NCBI GenBank assembly: GCA_016705475.1
Contig: JADIYD010000009.1
Span: 292,715-356,714 of the forward strand
Direction of reading: 5' to 3'
DNA from: Betaproteobacteria bacterium
GTDB taxonomy: Bacteria > Pseudomonadota > Gammaproteobacteria > Burkholderiales > Rhodocyclaceae
DNA: 64,000 nt
This document shows positions 1 through 12,215 of the stretch, in pieces. A model generated the notes under the pieces. That model was not told the origin of the DNA. It saw only the letters and a program-made list of their open reading frames with translations, and did not search any database. The first letter of the stretch is position 1. Every line of letters starts with the position of its first letter. A program made the position numbers and the translations under genes.

Positions 1-2
1 TC

Positions 3-779
3 ATGATAAACAAGGCGTTGAATCACCTTGAAGAGTTGCTGGTCACCTTCCTGATGGGAGCGGCCACAATCATTATTTTTGTCTCCGTCATGCACCGCTA
101 TATGGCAGGGGTTGATATCCCCGGTCTGCAGGATTGGTTGCTGACGCTCAATTTTGGCTGGGCACAGGAACTCTGCATCATCATGTTCGTGTGGATGGCC
201 AAGTTCGGTGCGGCTTACGGCGTGCGTACCGGCATCCACGTCGGGGTTGATGTCCTGATCAACCGTCTTGACGATAGCAAGCGGGGCAAGGCAATTGTTT
301 TCGGATTGCTCTCTGGTGCTCTGTTTACGGGCATCGTGGCAACGCTGGGCGGTCATTTTGTCTGGGAAAACGGCGCGCATTACGCCATCTTCCAGTTCCT
401 TGGCATTGATACCGGGGATAACTACGAAGGTCCGACGACGCCTGATCTCGAGTGGCCCACATGGATCGTGTACAGCGCCATTCCGCTTGGCTCGTCCCTG
501 ATGTGCTTCCGTTTTCTGCAGGTTTGTTATTCGTTCATGCGCACTGGCGAACTGCCGCACCATGATCACGGCCACGTCGATGGACTTGAAGAGGAGAAAC
601 CACCGGTCGATGTCAATCTGTATGGCATGGACGACAACCTGCACATGCACGACCTCAAGCATCCGATGATTGGTGAGCGCCGTACGGGTGAAGATCGGCG
701 GCATGATGAGATGAGCGCGCAGGAAAGCGAGCGCCGCTCGGCCGAACGCCGCAACAACGACAAAGGAGGCCAGCAATGA
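3..779 (+). CDS. dctQ: TRAP C4-dicarboxylate transporter small permease
   Basis: Four hydrophobic segments, WAQEL...GAAYGVRTGIHVGVD DctQ signature, overlaps dctM start (ATGA). Confidence 0.9.
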   Translation: MINKALNHLEELLVTFLMGAATIIIFVSVMHRYMAGVDIPGLQDWLLTLNFGWAQELCIIMFVWMAKFGAAYGVRTGIHVGVDVLINRLDDSKRGKAIVFGLLSGALFTGIVATLGGHFVWENGAHYAIFQFLGIDTGDNYEGPTTPDLEWPTWIVYSAIPLGSSLMCFRFLQVCYSFMRTGELPHHDHGHVDGLEEEKPPVDVNLYGMDDNLHMHDLKHPMIGERRTGEDRRHDEMSAQESERRSAERRNNDKGGQQ

Positions 780-2059
780 ACGCTCTGGTGATTTTCGGCC
801 TGCTGGCCGTGCTCATGCTGTCAGGCATGCCGATCTCGATTTCGCTTGGCCTGACCGTGCTGACCTTCCTGTTCACGATGACCGATGTGCCGCTGGAGTC
901 GGTGGCGCTCAAGTTGTTTACCGGTATCGAGAAGTTCGAAATCATGGCGATTCCGTTCTTCATCCTCGCGGGTAACTTCCTGACGCATGGCGGGGTGGCG
1001 AAACGGATGATCAATTTCGCCGCATCAATGGTTGGGCACTGGTACGGCGGACTTGGTCTGGCGGGCGTGCTGGCCTGCGCTCTGTTCGCGGCGGTCTCGG
1101 GTTCCAGCCCGGCAACCGTTGTGGCGATCGGCTCCATCCTGCTGCCGGCGATGGTCAAGGCTGGCTTCCCGAACAAGTTCGGTGCTGGCGTGATCGCGAC
1201 TTCGGGCGCCCTCGGTATCCTGATTCCGCCGTCCATCGTCATGGTGATGTACTCGGTGGCAACCAATACCTCGGTTGGCGCCTTGTTCATGGCCGGGGTT
1301 ATTCCGGGTCTGGCGTTGGCGGGTGTGCTGGGCGGGGTTACCTGGTACCGCGCCAAGAAGTTCAATTACCCGCGCCAGCCAAAAGCGACCTGGGGCGAGC
1401 GTTGGGTCACGTTCCGGAAGGCATTCTGGGGTCTGCTGCTGATCGTTGTGGTCATGGGCGGTATCTACACCGGTATTTTCACGCCGACGGAAGCGGCAGC
1501 AATGTCTGCGGTCTACGCCTTTATCTGTGCCATTTTCATTTACAAGGATCTCGGCATGAAGGATGTGCCGAAGGTGCTGCTGAATTCGGCCAACATGTCG
1601 GCGATGCTGCTCTACATCATCACCAATGCCGTTCTGTTCTCCTTCATCATGACCAACGAAAACATCCCGCAGTCGCTGGCTGACTGGATGATGGGCAATG
1701 GTCTGGGGGTCATCACCTTCCTGCTGATGTGCAACATCCTGCTGCTGCTGGCCGGCAACTTCATGGAGCCGTCTTCCATCGTCCTGATTTTCGCCCCCAT
1801 CCTGTTCCCGGTGGCGGTGGCGCTGGGTATCCATCCGGTGCATTTCGGCATCATCATGGTGGTGAATATGGAGGTCGGCATGTGTCACCCGCCGGTTGGC
1901 CTGAATCTCTATGTCGCGTCGGGCATAACCAAGATGGGCATTACCGAGCTGACCATTGCCGTCTGGCCGTGGCTGCTCTCGATGCTCGGCTTCCTGATGG
2001 TTGTGACGTACTGGCCGGGCTTGTCGCTGTGGTTTCCCCAGTATTTGGGCATGCTCTAA
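776..2059 (+). CDS. dctM: TRAP transporter large permease
   Basis: AIPFFILAG, SGSSPAT, LIPPSI and TPTEAA motifs; 427 aa hydrophobic protein. Confidence 0.95.
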   Translation: MNALVIFGLLAVLMLSGMPISISLGLTVLTFLFTMTDVPLESVALKLFTGIEKFEIMAIPFFILAGNFLTHGGVAKRMINFAASMVGHWYGGLGLAGVLACALFAAVSGSSPATVVAIGSILLPAMVKAGFPNKFGAGVIATSGALGILIPPSIVMVMYSVATNTSVGALFMAGVIPGLALAGVLGGVTWYRAKKFNYPRQPKATWGERWVTFRKAFWGLLLIVVVMGGIYTGIFTPTEAAAMSAVYAFICAIFIYKDLGMKDVPKVLLNSANMSAMLLYIITNAVLFSFIMTNENIPQSLADWMMGNGLGVITFLLMCNILLLLAGNFMEPSSIVLIFAPILFPVAVALGIHPVHFGIIMVVNMEVGMCHPPVGLNLYVASGITKMGITELTIAVWPWLLSMLGFLMVVTYWPGLSLWFPQYLGML

Positions 2060-2089
2060 TACAGCCTTCCCGGTAGCCGTTTTACCTTG

Positions 2090-2121
2090 CAAGCCCCGAT
2101 ACCCTTCGGGGCTTGTTTTTT
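2090..2121 (+). terminator. Rho-independent terminator after dctM
   Basis: Stem CAAGCCCCGA / TCGGGGCTTG with a 6-nt loop, followed by a T6 run. Confidence 0.85.
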
Positions 2122-2172
2122 GGGACTACCGGTGTGGCACAATCCAGCCCCCGGCAAGTTCTTCAGGAAATC

Positions 2173-2859
2173 ATGAAATTCGCACTCTCGATAATCGCGC
2201 TGATCGCCATAGCCTTGATCGTTCCCTTTCTGGTGCCGGAGCTGGGAAAGCAGGAGGGTGTTGATCCCAATGCGAATCTGCCGTGGCAAATCGAACTCGA
2301 TGGCCAGGGCGGAAGTGCTGTCTTTGGCCTGCGCCCCGGTGTCAGTACCGTGGCTGAGGTGCGCCAGAAGTTCGGTAGCGACATGGATCTGGCGATCATC
2401 GCCGAACCCAATGAAACAGGTGCGATTGAAGGCTATTACGCGCAAGTGGCGCTCGGTTTCGTGCTGGCCAAAGTGATTGTCACGGTCGACGCGAAAAATG
2501 AGCTGATTTCGGAAATGCGTGAACGGGCCCTGAAGGCCAAACACATGGAGAGCACGACGCGCAAGATCACGTTGAATCCGGATGATCTCGCGGCGGTTGA
2601 AAAAATGGCGGTAAAGGCGATCAGTGTCATTCCGTCGGCGCATCTGGACGAGGCAACGGTGATCCAGCGTTTTGGGGAGCCGGGCGAACGGCTGGTCGTG
2701 TCGGAGAAGCGGGTGCATCTGCTCTACCCCGACAAGGGGCTCGATGTGGTGGTCGACGGCAATGGCAAGGAGCTGTTGCAATACGTGGCGCCACGCGATT
2801 TTGCCGAGCTGCGCGAACCGCTGAACAAGCTGGAAGGCCAGAAACCCCTGGCACAGTGA
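2173..2859 (+). CDS. Hypothetical membrane-anchored/exported protein
   Basis: ATG at 2173 after AGGAAA; N-terminal hydrophobic helix MKFALSIIALIAIALIVPFLV; host-like codon usage. Confidence 0.7.
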   Translation: MKFALSIIALIAIALIVPFLVPELGKQEGVDPNANLPWQIELDGQGGSAVFGLRPGVSTVAEVRQKFGSDMDLAIIAEPNETGAIEGYYAQVALGFVLAKVIVTVDAKNELISEMRERALKAKHMESTTRKITLNPDDLAAVEKMAVKAISVIPSAHLDEATVIQRFGEPGERLVVSEKRVHLLYPDKGLDVVVDGNGKELLQYVAPRDFAELREPLNKLEGQKPLAQ

Positions 2860-2931
2860 TTCGGGCGTTCGTGTTCTGAATCTGCTAAAATTGCCCGTTT
2901 TTCAACTGTCTAGCTTTTGCGGAGCAATTAA

Positions 2932-3366
2932 ATGGCTATCGAACTCGCCCTCTCCATCATCAAACCCGATGCAGTCGCCAAGAATGTCATCGGCAAGATT
3001 TACTCCCGTTTTGAAACCAACGGTCTGAAGATCGTTGCCTCCAAGATGGTCTGGTTGTCCGAGCAGGAAGCCGGCCAGTTCTACGCCGTGCACAAGGCCC
3101 GTCCTTTCTTCAAGGATCTGGTTTCCTTCATGACCTCTGGTCCGGTCATGGTTCAAGTGCTCGAAGGCGAAAACGCCATCGCCAAGAACCGTGAACTGAT
3201 GGGCGCCACCAACCCGAAGGAAGCCGCTGCCGGTACCATCCGCGCCGACTTCGCCGAATCCATCGACGCCAACGCCGTGCACGGCTCTGACGCACCGGAA
3301 ACCGCCGCCGTGGAAGTTGCTTTCTTCTTCCCGGGTTTGAACGTCTATTCGGCTTGTCTTCGCTGA
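2932..3366 (+). CDS. ndk: Nucleoside diphosphate kinase
   Basis: IIKPDAV and NAVHGSD active-site motifs. Confidence 0.98.
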   Translation: MAIELALSIIKPDAVAKNVIGKIYSRFETNGLKIVASKMVWLSEQEAGQFYAVHKARPFFKDLVSFMTSGPVMVQVLEGENAIAKNRELMGATNPKEAAAGTIRADFAESIDANAVHGSDAPETAAVEVAFFFPGLNVYSACLR

Positions 3367-3376
3367 TCAAAACTGC

Positions 3377-4471
3377 ATGACCGTCAATTTGCTGGATTTC
3401 GATGGCGAAAGCCTGACTGCCTGGTTTGCCGAGCAGGGCGAAAAGCCCTTCCGCGCCAAGCAGGTCTTGCGCTGGATCCATCGTTCCGGCGTGGCGGACT
3501 TCGATGCCATGACCGATATCGCCAAGAGCCTTCGCGAGAAGCTCAAGGCGACGGCGGTCGTGGCGCCGCCGGCCATCGTCTCCGACAAGCTGTCGGACGA
3601 TGGCACGCGCAAGTTTCTGATCGATGTCGGCAACGGTAATGCCGTCGAAACGGTGTTCATTCCCGAAGACGACCGCGGCACGCTGTGCATCTCGACGCAA
3701 GCTGGCTGCGCGCTTGACTGCGCCTTCTGTTCGACGGGCAAGCAGGGTTTCAACCGCAACCTCACGGTCGCGGAAATCATCGGCCAGCTCTGGCAGGCCA
3801 ACCACGCACTGGGTGCGGTCCACGGCGACGAACGGGTCATTTCCAACGTCGTCCTGATGGGCATGGGCGAACCGCTCGCCAACTTTGAAAATTCCGTCGC
3901 CGCGCTCAAATTGATGCTCGACGACAACGCCTACGGCCTGTCGCGCCGCCGCGTCACCGTATCCACCTCCGGTCTGGTGCCGGTAATGGATCGTCTGGGC
4001 GATGAATGTCCGGTGGCGCTCGCTGTCTCGCTGCATGCACCGAACGACAAGCTGCGCGACCAGATCGTGCCGATCAACCAGAAATACCCGCTCAAAGAGC
4101 TGATGGCAGCCTGCCAGCGATATCTGGACAAGGCGCCGCGCGATTTCATCACCTTCGAGTACATCATGCTCGATGGCATCAACGATTCCGATGCGCACGC
4201 CCGCGAATTGCTGGCGCTGGTCAAGAGTGTGCATTGCAAGTTCAACCTGATACCCTTCAACCCCTTCCCTGGCTCGCCGTTCAAACGTTCGCCGGCCGAA
4301 CGCGTGCGGCGGTTTGCCGATATCCTGATGCAGGCAGGAATTGTCACCACGACGCGCAAGACGCGCGGTGACGACATTGATGCTGCCTGTGGCCAGCTGG
4401 CCGGTCAGGTTCTGGATAAAACCAAACGGACTGCCGGGCGAGTGATTCCCCTAGTGGAGGCAAGATCGTGA
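3377..4471 (+). CDS. rlmN: 23S rRNA/tRNA A2503/A37 radical-SAM methyltransferase
   Basis: CALDCAFC radical SAM motif, [14 protein letters not shown]; follows ndk. Confidence 0.97.
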   Translation: MTVNLLDFDGESLTAWFAEQGEKPFRAKQVLRWIHRSGVADFDAMTDIAKSLREKLKATAVVAPPAIVSDKLSDDGTRKFLIDVGNGNAVETVFIPEDDRGTLCISTQAGCALDCAFCSTGKQGFNRNLTVAEIIGQLWQANHALGAVHGDERVISNVVLMGMGEPLANFENSVAALKLMLDDNAYGLSRRRVTVSTSGLVPVMDRLGDECPVALAVSLHAPNDKLRDQIVPINQKYPLKELMAACQRYLDKAPRDFITFEYIMLDGINDSDAHARELLALVKSVHCKFNLIPFNPFPGSPFKRSPAERVRRFADILMQAGIVTTTRKTRGDDIDAACGQLAGQVLDKTKRTAGRVIPLVEARS

Positions 4472-5268
4472 CTGTTTTTTCGCTGAAAAACTGGGTTTCG
4501 GTGCTCTGTCTGGGCGTGGCGTGCGCATTGCCGGTCCAGGCGCAATATGACTTCAATCCGTCCGATACCGGTCAGTCGAAAGCGTCGAGCGATCCGCGGA
4601 ATCGGGCCAAAATTCATACCGAACTCGGCTCGCTGTATTTTCAGGCTGGAAATCCGGGTGTTGCGCTTGATGAGCTGCGCATCGCGCTGAGTGCGGACTC
4701 CGGCTATTATCAGGCGTACAGCGTGCGTGGCCTCGTTCGCCTCTCGCTGAAAGAGTACGGCAAGGCAGAAGACGATTTTCGTCAGGCGCTGAACCTGGCG
4801 CCGAACGATCCCGAGGTCAACAACAATTACGGCTGGTTTCTCTGCGAAACAGGGAAAGAGCGCCAGTCCATCGCCTATTTTCTCAACGCGTTGAAGAGCC
4901 CGTTGTACGAGACACCGGACAAGGCCTACACCAACGCCGGTGCTTGTGCTTTCAAGGCGGGTGATTTTGATGGTGCACAGGACTATTTGCTCAAGGCTTT
5001 GCAGCTATCGCGCGATGGCGCGGTGCCGGCGCGCCTGCAACTGGCCAAGATTTTTTACAAACGTGGCAATTTCGAAGAGTCGCGTATCTATCTGGCCGAA
5101 GCGCTGAAGGCGATGGAGCCGCCGTCTGCGGACGCCCTCTGGCTTGGTCTGCGCCTTGAGCGCAGGCAGGGCAACCGTGCCGCCGAGGCAGGCTATGCCT
5201 CGCAGCTGCGTGGTCGGTATCCGACGTCGCCGGAGTATCAGGAATTTCTTAAAGGCAATTTTGAATGA
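4468..5268 (+). CDS. pilW: Type IV pilus biogenesis/stability TPR protein PilW (PilF)
   Basis: TPR repeats, NNYGWFLC motif; conserved position between rlmN and rodZ. Confidence 0.9.
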   Translation: MTVFSLKNWVSVLCLGVACALPVQAQYDFNPSDTGQSKASSDPRNRAKIHTELGSLYFQAGNPGVALDELRIALSADSGYYQAYSVRGLVRLSLKEYGKAEDDFRQALNLAPNDPEVNNNYGWFLCETGKERQSIAYFLNALKSPLYETPDKAYTNAGACAFKAGDFDGAQDYLLKALQLSRDGAVPARLQLAKIFYKRGNFEESRIYLAEALKAMEPPSADALWLGLRLERRQGNRAAEAGYASQLRGRYPTSPEYQEFLKGNFE

Positions 5269-6188
5269 GTGAGCAGGTGAATACCCCGGAAGTCGTTTCG
5301 GAAGATGTTGTCGTGATGTCCGGCCCGCCAGTCGGCGAGCAGTTACGTTTGGCGCGCGAGGCGCGTGGCCTGGAAGTGGCGGATATCGCCCAGACGCTCA
5401 AGCTTGGGCCGCGGCAGGTCGAAGCGCTGGAAGCGGGCGACTGGAAAGGGTTGCCGGGCAATACCTTCATCCGCGGATTTGTGCGGAACTACGCACGCCT
5501 GGTTCAAATTGATCAGGCCGCGCTGATGACGCTACTGGACGGTGTGCTCGAAGTCCCGGTCAATAGCCTGGGTGTTTCCGAAATGACGCCGGCGGCGATG
5601 CCGCACTCGGGCACGGCCGGCGCGCAGCGCAGCAAACTATTCGTGTTGATCGGTGCGGGATCGGTTGTCCTGGCCGCGCTAGCCTATTTCCTGATGCCCG
5701 GTGATCTCTCCTCGCTGCGTGAAAGCACGCAGTCCTTGCTCGACTCACTGGCCCGCAAGGAGCCGGAGGTGTCAACATCCGTTCCGGCCGCGGGCGCACC
5801 AGAGCCGGTATTCCCGCCCGGGGCGACGCCGCAGCAGGTCATGAACCCGCAGGTGCTTGCGCCAGCCGAAGTGCAGACGCCTTCGGCAAGTGCAGTTTCG
5901 CCTGCGGCTGCCAAGTCGGGTGAGCAGGAATCGGGGACCGCGCCAGCCAATGCGCCACAGATGCGTTTCCTGGTTGAGAAGGATTCGTGGCTTGAGGTTC
6001 GGGATCGCGACAACAAGATCGTGTTTTCCCAGAAGCTGAGTGCCGGTACCGAACAGGCTTTGTCCGGGCAAGGGCCGCTTTCCGTGACAGTTGGCTATGC
6101 GCCGGGTGTCCGTGTTTTCTGGCATGGTCAGGCTGTTGACCTGGCACCCTATACGCGTGGCGAAGTGGCCCGTCTGGTTCTGGAGTAA
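5265..6188 (+). CDS. rodZ: Cytoskeletal protein RodZ (HTH + TM + periplasmic domain)
   Basis: N-terminal HTH with FIRGFVRNYA, single TM, C-terminal SWLEVRD domain; synteny. Confidence 0.88.
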   Translation: MSEQVNTPEVVSEDVVVMSGPPVGEQLRLAREARGLEVADIAQTLKLGPRQVEALEAGDWKGLPGNTFIRGFVRNYARLVQIDQAALMTLLDGVLEVPVNSLGVSEMTPAAMPHSGTAGAQRSKLFVLIGAGSVVLAALAYFLMPGDLSSLRESTQSLLDSLARKEPEVSTSVPAAGAPEPVFPPGATPQQVMNPQVLAPAEVQTPSASAVSPAAAKSGEQESGTAPANAPQMRFLVEKDSWLEVRDRDNKIVFSQKLSAGTEQALSGQGPLSVTVGYAPGVRVFWHGQAVDLAPYTRGEVARLVLE

Positions 6189-6191
6189 TCC

Positions 6192-7421
6192 GTGAGTGCA
6201 GTTGCCAAACGCCCGACCCGGTCCTGTCTTGTCGGGCATGTGAAACTCGGGGGCGATGCCCCGACGGTTATCCAGTCGATGACCAACACCGATACCGCCG
6301 ATTATCTGGCCACCGCCTTGCAAACGGCCGAGTTGGCGCGTGCCGGTTCGGAACTGGTGCGCATTACGGTGAATACGCTGGAGGCTGCCGCTGCGGTCCC
6401 GAAGATTCGCGAGCATCTCGACAGGATGAACTGCAACGTCCCGTTGATCGGCGATTTTCATTACAACGGACATCGTTTGCTAACCGAGCACCCGGCCTGC
6501 GCCGAGGCGCTGGCCAAGTACCGGATCAATCCCGGCAATGTCGGCTTCGGCAAGAAGAAAGATGAGCAGTTCGCCCAGATGGTCGAACTGGCCTGCAGAT
6601 ATGACAAGCCGGTGCGCATCGGCGTCAACTGGGGCAGCCTTGATCAGGAATTGCTGGCGCGGATTATGGACGAAAACTCACGTCGACCGCAGCCGTTGGA
6701 CGCCACCGAGATCATGCGCCACGCGATGGTGACCTCGGCTCTCGAATCGGCGGCCAAGGCAGAAGAGGTTGGTCTGGCCGGTGAAAAGATCATCCTGTCC
6801 TGCAAGGTTTCCAGTGTTCAGGATCTGATCGCCATTTATCGCGAGCTTTCGAAGCGCGCCGACTATGCCTTGCATCTGGGTTTGACAGAAGCCGGGATGG
6901 GATCAAAAGGCATCGTTGCGTCGACTGCAGCGCTCTCGGTTTTGCTGCAGGAAGGCATCGGCGACACGATCCGTATTTCGCTGACCCCGGAACCCGGCGG
7001 TTCGCGCACGCAGGAAGTCATCGTTGGCCAGGAAATTCTGCAGACCATGGGCCTGCGCGCCTTCACACCCATGGTTGCGGCTTGCCCCGGTTGCGGCCGG
7101 ACGACCAGCACCTTTTTCCAGCAACTGGCTGGCGAGGTCCAGGATTTCGTCCGCGCCAAAATGCCGGAGTGGAAGTTGCATTACGATGGGGCCGAAAACA
7201 TGACGCTGGCCGTCATGGGCTGCATCGTCAATGGCCCCGGCGAGTCCAAGCACGCCAATATCGGTATTTCGCTGCCGGGGACCGGTGAGGCACCATCGGC
7301 GCCGGTTTACGAGGATGGCGAAAAAACGGTCACCCTCAAAGGCGACAACATCGCCAACGAATTCAAGCAAATAATCGAGCGCTATGTCGAGCGCACCTAC
7401 ACCAAGAAACTGAAGTCATGA
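6192..7421 (+). CDS. ispG: HMBPP synthase
   Basis: QSMTNT, RINPGN, CPGCGR and [10 protein letters not shown] motifs. Confidence 0.98.
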   Translation: MSAVAKRPTRSCLVGHVKLGGDAPTVIQSMTNTDTADYLATALQTAELARAGSELVRITVNTLEAAAAVPKIREHLDRMNCNVPLIGDFHYNGHRLLTEHPACAEALAKYRINPGNVGFGKKKDEQFAQMVELACRYDKPVRIGVNWGSLDQELLARIMDENSRRPQPLDATEIMRHAMVTSALESAAKAEEVGLAGEKIILSCKVSSVQDLIAIYRELSKRADYALHLGLTEAGMGSKGIVASTAALSVLLQEGIGDTIRISLTPEPGGSRTQEVIVGQEILQTMGLRAFTPMVAACPGCGRTTSTFFQQLAGEVQDFVRAKMPEWKLHYDGAENMTLAVMGCIVNGPGESKHANIGISLPGTGEAPSAPVYEDGEKTVTLKGDNIANEFKQIIERYVERTYTKKLKS

Positions 7422-8707
7422 GTCAAACCTTGCAAGCCGTGCGCGGGATGAACGACATCCTGCCCGACGAAGCCGCATTCTGGGAGCTGTTCGAGGACAC
7501 CATCCGTTCGTGGCTCAAGAGCTACGGCTATCGCCCGATCCGCATGCCTATCGTTGAGCCGACACCGCTGTTCAAACGCGCCATCGGCGAAGTGACCGAT
7601 ATTGTCGAGAAGGAAATGTATTCCTTCATTGACGGCCTCAACGGTGAAGCGTTGACCCTGCGCCCGGAAGGGACTGCGGGTTGTGTGCGTGCCGTCATCG
7701 AGCACAATCTGGCAGCCCGCCAGACGCAGCGCCTTTACTACATCGGCCAGATGTTCCGCCACGAGCGCCCGCAAAAGGGGCGCTATCGCCAGTTTCATCA
7801 GGTCGGCGTCGAATCCTTCGGCATGACCGGCCCGGATATCGATGCCGAGATGATCCTCATGGGTGCCCGTCTGTGGAACGATCTCGGGCTGGATGGCATC
7901 GAACTGCAGCTCAACAGCCTTGGCCAGCCGGACGAGCGCGCCCAGCATCGCGCCGCCCTGATTACCTACTTTGAAGAGAACGCCGAACTGCTCGACGAAG
8001 AGGCCAAGCGTCGCCTGCATACCAACCCGCTGCGCATTCTGGATACCAAGAATCCGGCCATGCAGGACCTCTGCGCTGCTGCGCCCAAGCTGATTGACTA
8101 CCTCGGAGCCGAGTCGCTGGCCCACTTCGAAGGCGTCCAGCGCGTTTTGCGCGATGCCGGCATTCCTTTCACAATCAACCCGCGTCTGGTCCGTGGCCTC
8201 GATTACTACAACCTTACCGTATTCGAATGGGTGACCGACAAGCTGGGCGCTCAGGGTACGGTCTGCGCGGGTGGGCGTTACGATGGCCTGGTCGAGCAAC
8301 TCGGCGGCAAGCCAACGCCAGCCTGCGGTTTCGCCATGGGCATCGAGCGACTTATCGCCCTGATCAAGGACTCCGGCGGAGAGCCGGCGGCACCCGTGCC
8401 GGATGTCTACCTGGTCCATCAGGGTGACGAGGCGGCCCGCCTTGCCTTCCGCGTGGCCGAAGGCTTGCGCGATCAGGGAATTGACGTGCTGCAGCATTGT
8501 GGTGGCGGTAGCTTCAAGTCACAGATGAAAAAAGCCGACAGCAGTGGCGCGAGCTTCGCGGTGATTATTGGCGATGACGAAGCGTCGACCGGGGAAGTCC
8601 AGTTGAAGTCATTGCGTCAGGTCGGCATTGAACAACGTAAACTGAAAGTCGATGAATTGGCAGAAGCTATCATCGACCAAATAATTGATTCGGACGAAGA
8701 GGAATAA
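7418..8707 (+). CDS. hisS: Histidine--tRNA ligase
   Basis: [36 protein letters not shown]. Confidence 0.98.
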   Translation: MSQTLQAVRGMNDILPDEAAFWELFEDTIRSWLKSYGYRPIRMPIVEPTPLFKRAIGEVTDIVEKEMYSFIDGLNGEALTLRPEGTAGCVRAVIEHNLAARQTQRLYYIGQMFRHERPQKGRYRQFHQVGVESFGMTGPDIDAEMILMGARLWNDLGLDGIELQLNSLGQPDERAQHRAALITYFEENAELLDEEAKRRLHTNPLRILDTKNPAMQDLCAAAPKLIDYLGAESLAHFEGVQRVLRDAGIPFTINPRLVRGLDYYNLTVFEWVTDKLGAQGTVCAGGRYDGLVEQLGGKPTPACGFAMGIERLIALIKDSGGEPAAPVPDVYLVHQGDEAARLAFRVAEGLRDQGIDVLQHCGGGSFKSQMKKADSSGASFAVIIGDDEASTGEVQLKSLRQVGIEQRKLKVDELAEAIIDQIIDSDEEE

Positions 8708-8712
8708 GCAGC

Positions 8713-9351
8713 ATGGCGCATTACGACCTCGAAGAACAGGAACAGATAGACACCCTGAAAACCTGGTGGAAAATGTACGGCAACCTCGTGACGGGCCTTG
8801 TCGTAGCTGTTTCGCTGGGGGTGATCGGCTGGCAAGGCTGGAACTGGTACCAGCGTGGGCAGTCGGCACAAGCGGCAGCCATCTACAACGTTCTGGAGCA
8901 GGCAACTGCCATGGGCGATGCCCAGAAGGTTAAGGCAGCCGCTGGCGAGTTGGCTGAAAAATTCGGCAGCACGAGCTACGCAGCGCTTGGCGCCATGATG
9001 GCTGGCAAGCAGTCTTTTGAAGCCGGTGACCTGAAGACAGCGAAAACCCAGTTTGGCTGGGTTGCCGAGAACGGCAAGGACGAGATCAAGGATCTGGCCC
9101 GCCTGCGTCTGGCCGCTGTCCAGATCGATGAACAGGCTTACGATGAAGCCCTCAAGCAACTCGACGCCGCCCATGCCCCGGCTTTCGACGCACGTTTTCA
9201 GGAAATGAAGGGTGACGTGCTCTCCGCACAAGGCAAGAAGGCCGAAGCGCGGACAGCCTACAAGGCTGCGCTCGACAAGATGACTGGCAAGCAGGGCGCC
9301 GGTCGTGAGTTGCTGCAGCAGAAGCTCGACAACCTGGGTGAGGCTGCCTGA
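8713..9351 (+). CDS. yfgM: Ancillary SecYEG translocon subunit / TPR protein YfgM
   Basis: EEQEQ..LK.WW N-terminus, one TM, TPR-like helices; between hisS and bamB. Confidence 0.9.
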   Translation: MAHYDLEEQEQIDTLKTWWKMYGNLVTGLVVAVSLGVIGWQGWNWYQRGQSAQAAAIYNVLEQATAMGDAQKVKAAAGELAEKFGSTSYAALGAMMAGKQSFEAGDLKTAKTQFGWVAENGKDEIKDLARLRLAAVQIDEQAYDEALKQLDAAHAPAFDARFQEMKGDVLSAQGKKAEARTAYKAALDKMTGKQGAGRELLQQKLDNLGEAA

Positions 9352-10511
9352 TGTCACGTCAACTTGCTGCCTTGATGGTGGCCTCCGGCCTTTTGTTGGC
9401 TGGCTGCGCGACCGTGTCGGATACGATCGATTCGATCAACCCGTTTGCCAGTGCCGGGCCGAAAATGGCGCCTTTGGGGCCGTTGACCGCAACAGCCGAT
9501 GTGCGCACGGCTTGGTCGGCCAGTGCCGGCAAGGCTGGCGACTACACCTTCACGCCAGCCGTGGTGGGCAGCGCTGTCTTTGTAGCGAGCCGCAGCGGCA
9601 CGGTTTCCAAGCTCGAAGACGGCAAGCTGGTCTGGAAAATAGATGCTGGCCAGCCCTTGTCGGCTGGTGTAGGGGCCAACGGCCGACTGCTGGTCGTCGG
9701 CACCTCGAAGGGAGAGGTGCTGGCCTTCTCAACCGAAAATGGCAAGGCGCTCTGGCAGGCCAAGGTATCCAGTGAGGTACTGGCGGCCCCCGTGGTTAGC
9801 GATGATGGCGTGGCAGTCAAGAGCGGTGACAACCGAATTCACCTGCTTGACGCGGGCGATGGCGGGCGCAAGTGGGTTTATCAACGCTCGACGCCCTCGT
9901 TGTCGGTGCGTAGTGCTGGTTCGCCGGTGTTTGCGGATCGCTATATCTTTGTCGGGTACCCCGGTGGCAAGCTCGTCGCTCTCGCGATTCAAAATGGTGC
10001 CCCAGTTTGGGAGGGCGCTGTCGCCTTGCCCAAGGGTGCAACCGAACTTGACCGCGTGGCAGACATAGTCGCGCCTCCTGTTGTCGATGGGCGTCTGATC
10101 TGCGCCGTCGCCTTCCAGGGCCGTGTGGCCTGTTTCGACATGGGGCAGGGCGGGGCCATGGTCTGGTCGCGTGATCTGTCATCTGTGGCTGGCCTGGCTA
10201 TGGATAGCCGCTACCTGTTTGTCGCCGACGACAAGGGCGTTGTCTATGCGCTGGATCGTCAGTCAGGCAGCAGCCTCTGGAAGCAGGACAAACTCAAGAA
10301 CCGTCGCCTTTCCGCGCCAGTTGTCCAGCGCGGGCTGGTTGCCGTGGCTGACGCAGAAGGCATTGTTCACTTCCTTTCCCGTGAAGACGGCAGCTTTGCC
10401 GCGCGTCAGAAAACCGATGGAACGCCGGTTCGCGCGCCACTTCAGATGCTCGGAAATGCCGTGCTGGTGCAAACCACCGGCGGCAACGTGAGCGCAATCG
10501 AGGCTCAATGA
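9351..10511 (+). CDS. bamB: Outer membrane protein assembly lipoprotein BamB
   Basis: Lipobox LAGC, PQQ-type beta-propeller repeats, ELDRVADI motif; synteny. Confidence 0.93.
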   Translation: MSRQLAALMVASGLLLAGCATVSDTIDSINPFASAGPKMAPLGPLTATADVRTAWSASAGKAGDYTFTPAVVGSAVFVASRSGTVSKLEDGKLVWKIDAGQPLSAGVGANGRLLVVGTSKGEVLAFSTENGKALWQAKVSSEVLAAPVVSDDGVAVKSGDNRIHLLDAGDGGRKWVYQRSTPSLSVRSAGSPVFADRYIFVGYPGGKLVALAIQNGAPVWEGAVALPKGATELDRVADIVAPPVVDGRLICAVAFQGRVACFDMGQGGAMVWSRDLSSVAGLAMDSRYLFVADDKGVVYALDRQSGSSLWKQDKLKNRRLSAPVVQRGLVAVADAEGIVHFLSREDGSFAARQKTDGTPVRAPLQMLGNAVLVQTTGGNVSAIEAQ

Positions 10512-11839
10512 AACCTACGCTCGTTTTGGTTGGCCGACCCAATGTCGGCAAATCCACCCTTTTCAACCGTCTGACCAAGTCGCGTGACGCCATCGTCGCC
10601 GATCTCCCGGGCCTGACGCGCGACCGCCACTACGGTCATGGAAAACTCGGCAAGAAGCCGCATCTGGTCGTCGATACGGGCGGTTTCGAACCGCTGGTCA
10701 AGGAAGGCATCCTGCATGAAATGGCGCGCCAGACCGAACAGGCGATTGCCGAAGCCGATGCCATCATCTTCGTGGTCGATGGGCGTGCCGGTCTGACGCC
10801 GCACGACAAGGAAATCGCCAACAAGCTGCGCCGCGTCGATTGTCCGGTCATTGTTGCGGTCAACAAGGCCGAAGGCATGAATTCCGGCATGGTTGAGGCT
10901 GAGTTCCATGAACTCGGTCTCGGCGAACCGAATGCCATCTCGTCAGCTCATGGCGAAGGGGTGCGTGGCCTGGTTGAACTGGCGCTTGAGAGTTTTGCCG
11001 AGCCTGAAGAGGACGAATGGCACTCCGATGCTGTCCGGGTTGCCATTGTTGGCCGCCCCAATGTCGGCAAATCAACGCTTATCAACACCTTGCTCGGCGA
11101 GGAGCGGGTTATTGCCTTCGATGCGCCGGGAACGACCCGTGATTCGATCGAGATCGATTTCGAGCGCGGTGGCCGGAAATACGTCCTGATCGATACCGCC
11201 GGGATGCGTAAGCGCGGCAAGATTTTTGAATCGATCGAGAAGTTTTCGGTGGTCAAGACGCTTCAGGCTATTGAAGACGCCAATGTCGTCATCCTGATGG
11301 TCGACGCCAAGGCCGATGTTTCCGACCAGGATGCGCACATTGCTGACTTCATTGTTCAGTCAGGCAAGGCGCTGGTTGTTGCGGTCAACAAATGGGATGG
11401 CCTGGATTCCTACGTTCGCGAGCAAACACGCCAGATATTGCAGCGCAAGCTGCAATTCCTGAACTTTGCCAAATTCCATTTTATTTCGGCGCGTGACAAC
11501 ATCGGACTGGAATCGCTTTTCCGTTCGGTGGACTCTGCCTATGCCGCAGCGATGGCCAAGATGACCACCCCGCGCTTGACGCGTGTGCTGATCGATGCGG
11601 TTGCCAAGCAGGCGCCGGCCAAGCATGGGCTGTTCCGCCCCAAGCCGCGCTATGCCCACCAGGGCGGCTCGAACCCACCGATCATCGTTATCCACGGCAA
11701 CGCAGTTGACCAGATTACCGACAGCTACCGCCGATACCTTGAACACACCTTCCGTGAAGCGTTCAAATTGCAGGGAACGCCGTTACGAATCCAGTGTGTT
11801 ACTGCAAAAAATCCGTTTGCCGACAAAGACAAGAAATAA
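10508..11839 (+). CDS. der: Ribosome biogenesis GTPase Der (EngA)
   Basis: Two GRPNVGKS P-loops and a C-terminal KH-like domain. Confidence 0.98.
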   Translation: MKPTLVLVGRPNVGKSTLFNRLTKSRDAIVADLPGLTRDRHYGHGKLGKKPHLVVDTGGFEPLVKEGILHEMARQTEQAIAEADAIIFVVDGRAGLTPHDKEIANKLRRVDCPVIVAVNKAEGMNSGMVEAEFHELGLGEPNAISSAHGEGVRGLVELALESFAEPEEDEWHSDAVRVAIVGRPNVGKSTLINTLLGEERVIAFDAPGTTRDSIEIDFERGGRKYVLIDTAGMRKRGKIFESIEKFSVVKTLQAIEDANVVILMVDAKADVSDQDAHIADFIVQSGKALVVAVNKWDGLDSYVREQTRQILQRKLQFLNFAKFHFISARDNIGLESLFRSVDSAYAAAMAKMTTPRLTRVLIDAVAKQAPAKHGLFRPKPRYAHQGGSNPPIIVIHGNAVDQITDSYRRYLEHTFREAFKLQGTPLRIQCVTAKNPFADKDKK

Positions 11840-11915
11840 ACCACAAAATCTTTGGCAGCACTTTATAAATTTGGGTACATTAGGACCCTCATAACAATTA
11901 CATGGAGTCCACACC

Positions 11916-12152
11916 ATGAGTAACAAAGGGCAACTTTTACAAGACCCCTTCCTCAACGCTCTTCGTCGTGAGCATGTTCCCGTTTCAATTTACCTGGTGA
12001 ATGGGATCAAATTGCAGGGCCAGGTTGAATCGTTTGATCAGTACGTTGTGCTGCTCAAAAACACGGTTACCCAAATGGTTTACAAGCACGCCATCTCCAC
12101 GGTGGTGCCTGCACGCCCGGTTAACCTTCAGCAGGAACAGGCCGCAGAATAA
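11916..12152 (+). CDS. hfq: RNA chaperone Hfq
   Basis: [24 protein letters not shown]. Confidence 0.99.
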   Translation: MSNKGQLLQDPFLNALRREHVPVSIYLVNGIKLQGQVESFDQYVVLLKNTVTQMVYKHAISTVVPARPVNLQQEQAAE

Positions 12153-12215
12153 TCGAATCCTCTCCTGCGACTCGCCCCCGTGGCGGGTTCGCGCTTCTAA
12201 TCCCTGGAAACGCCC

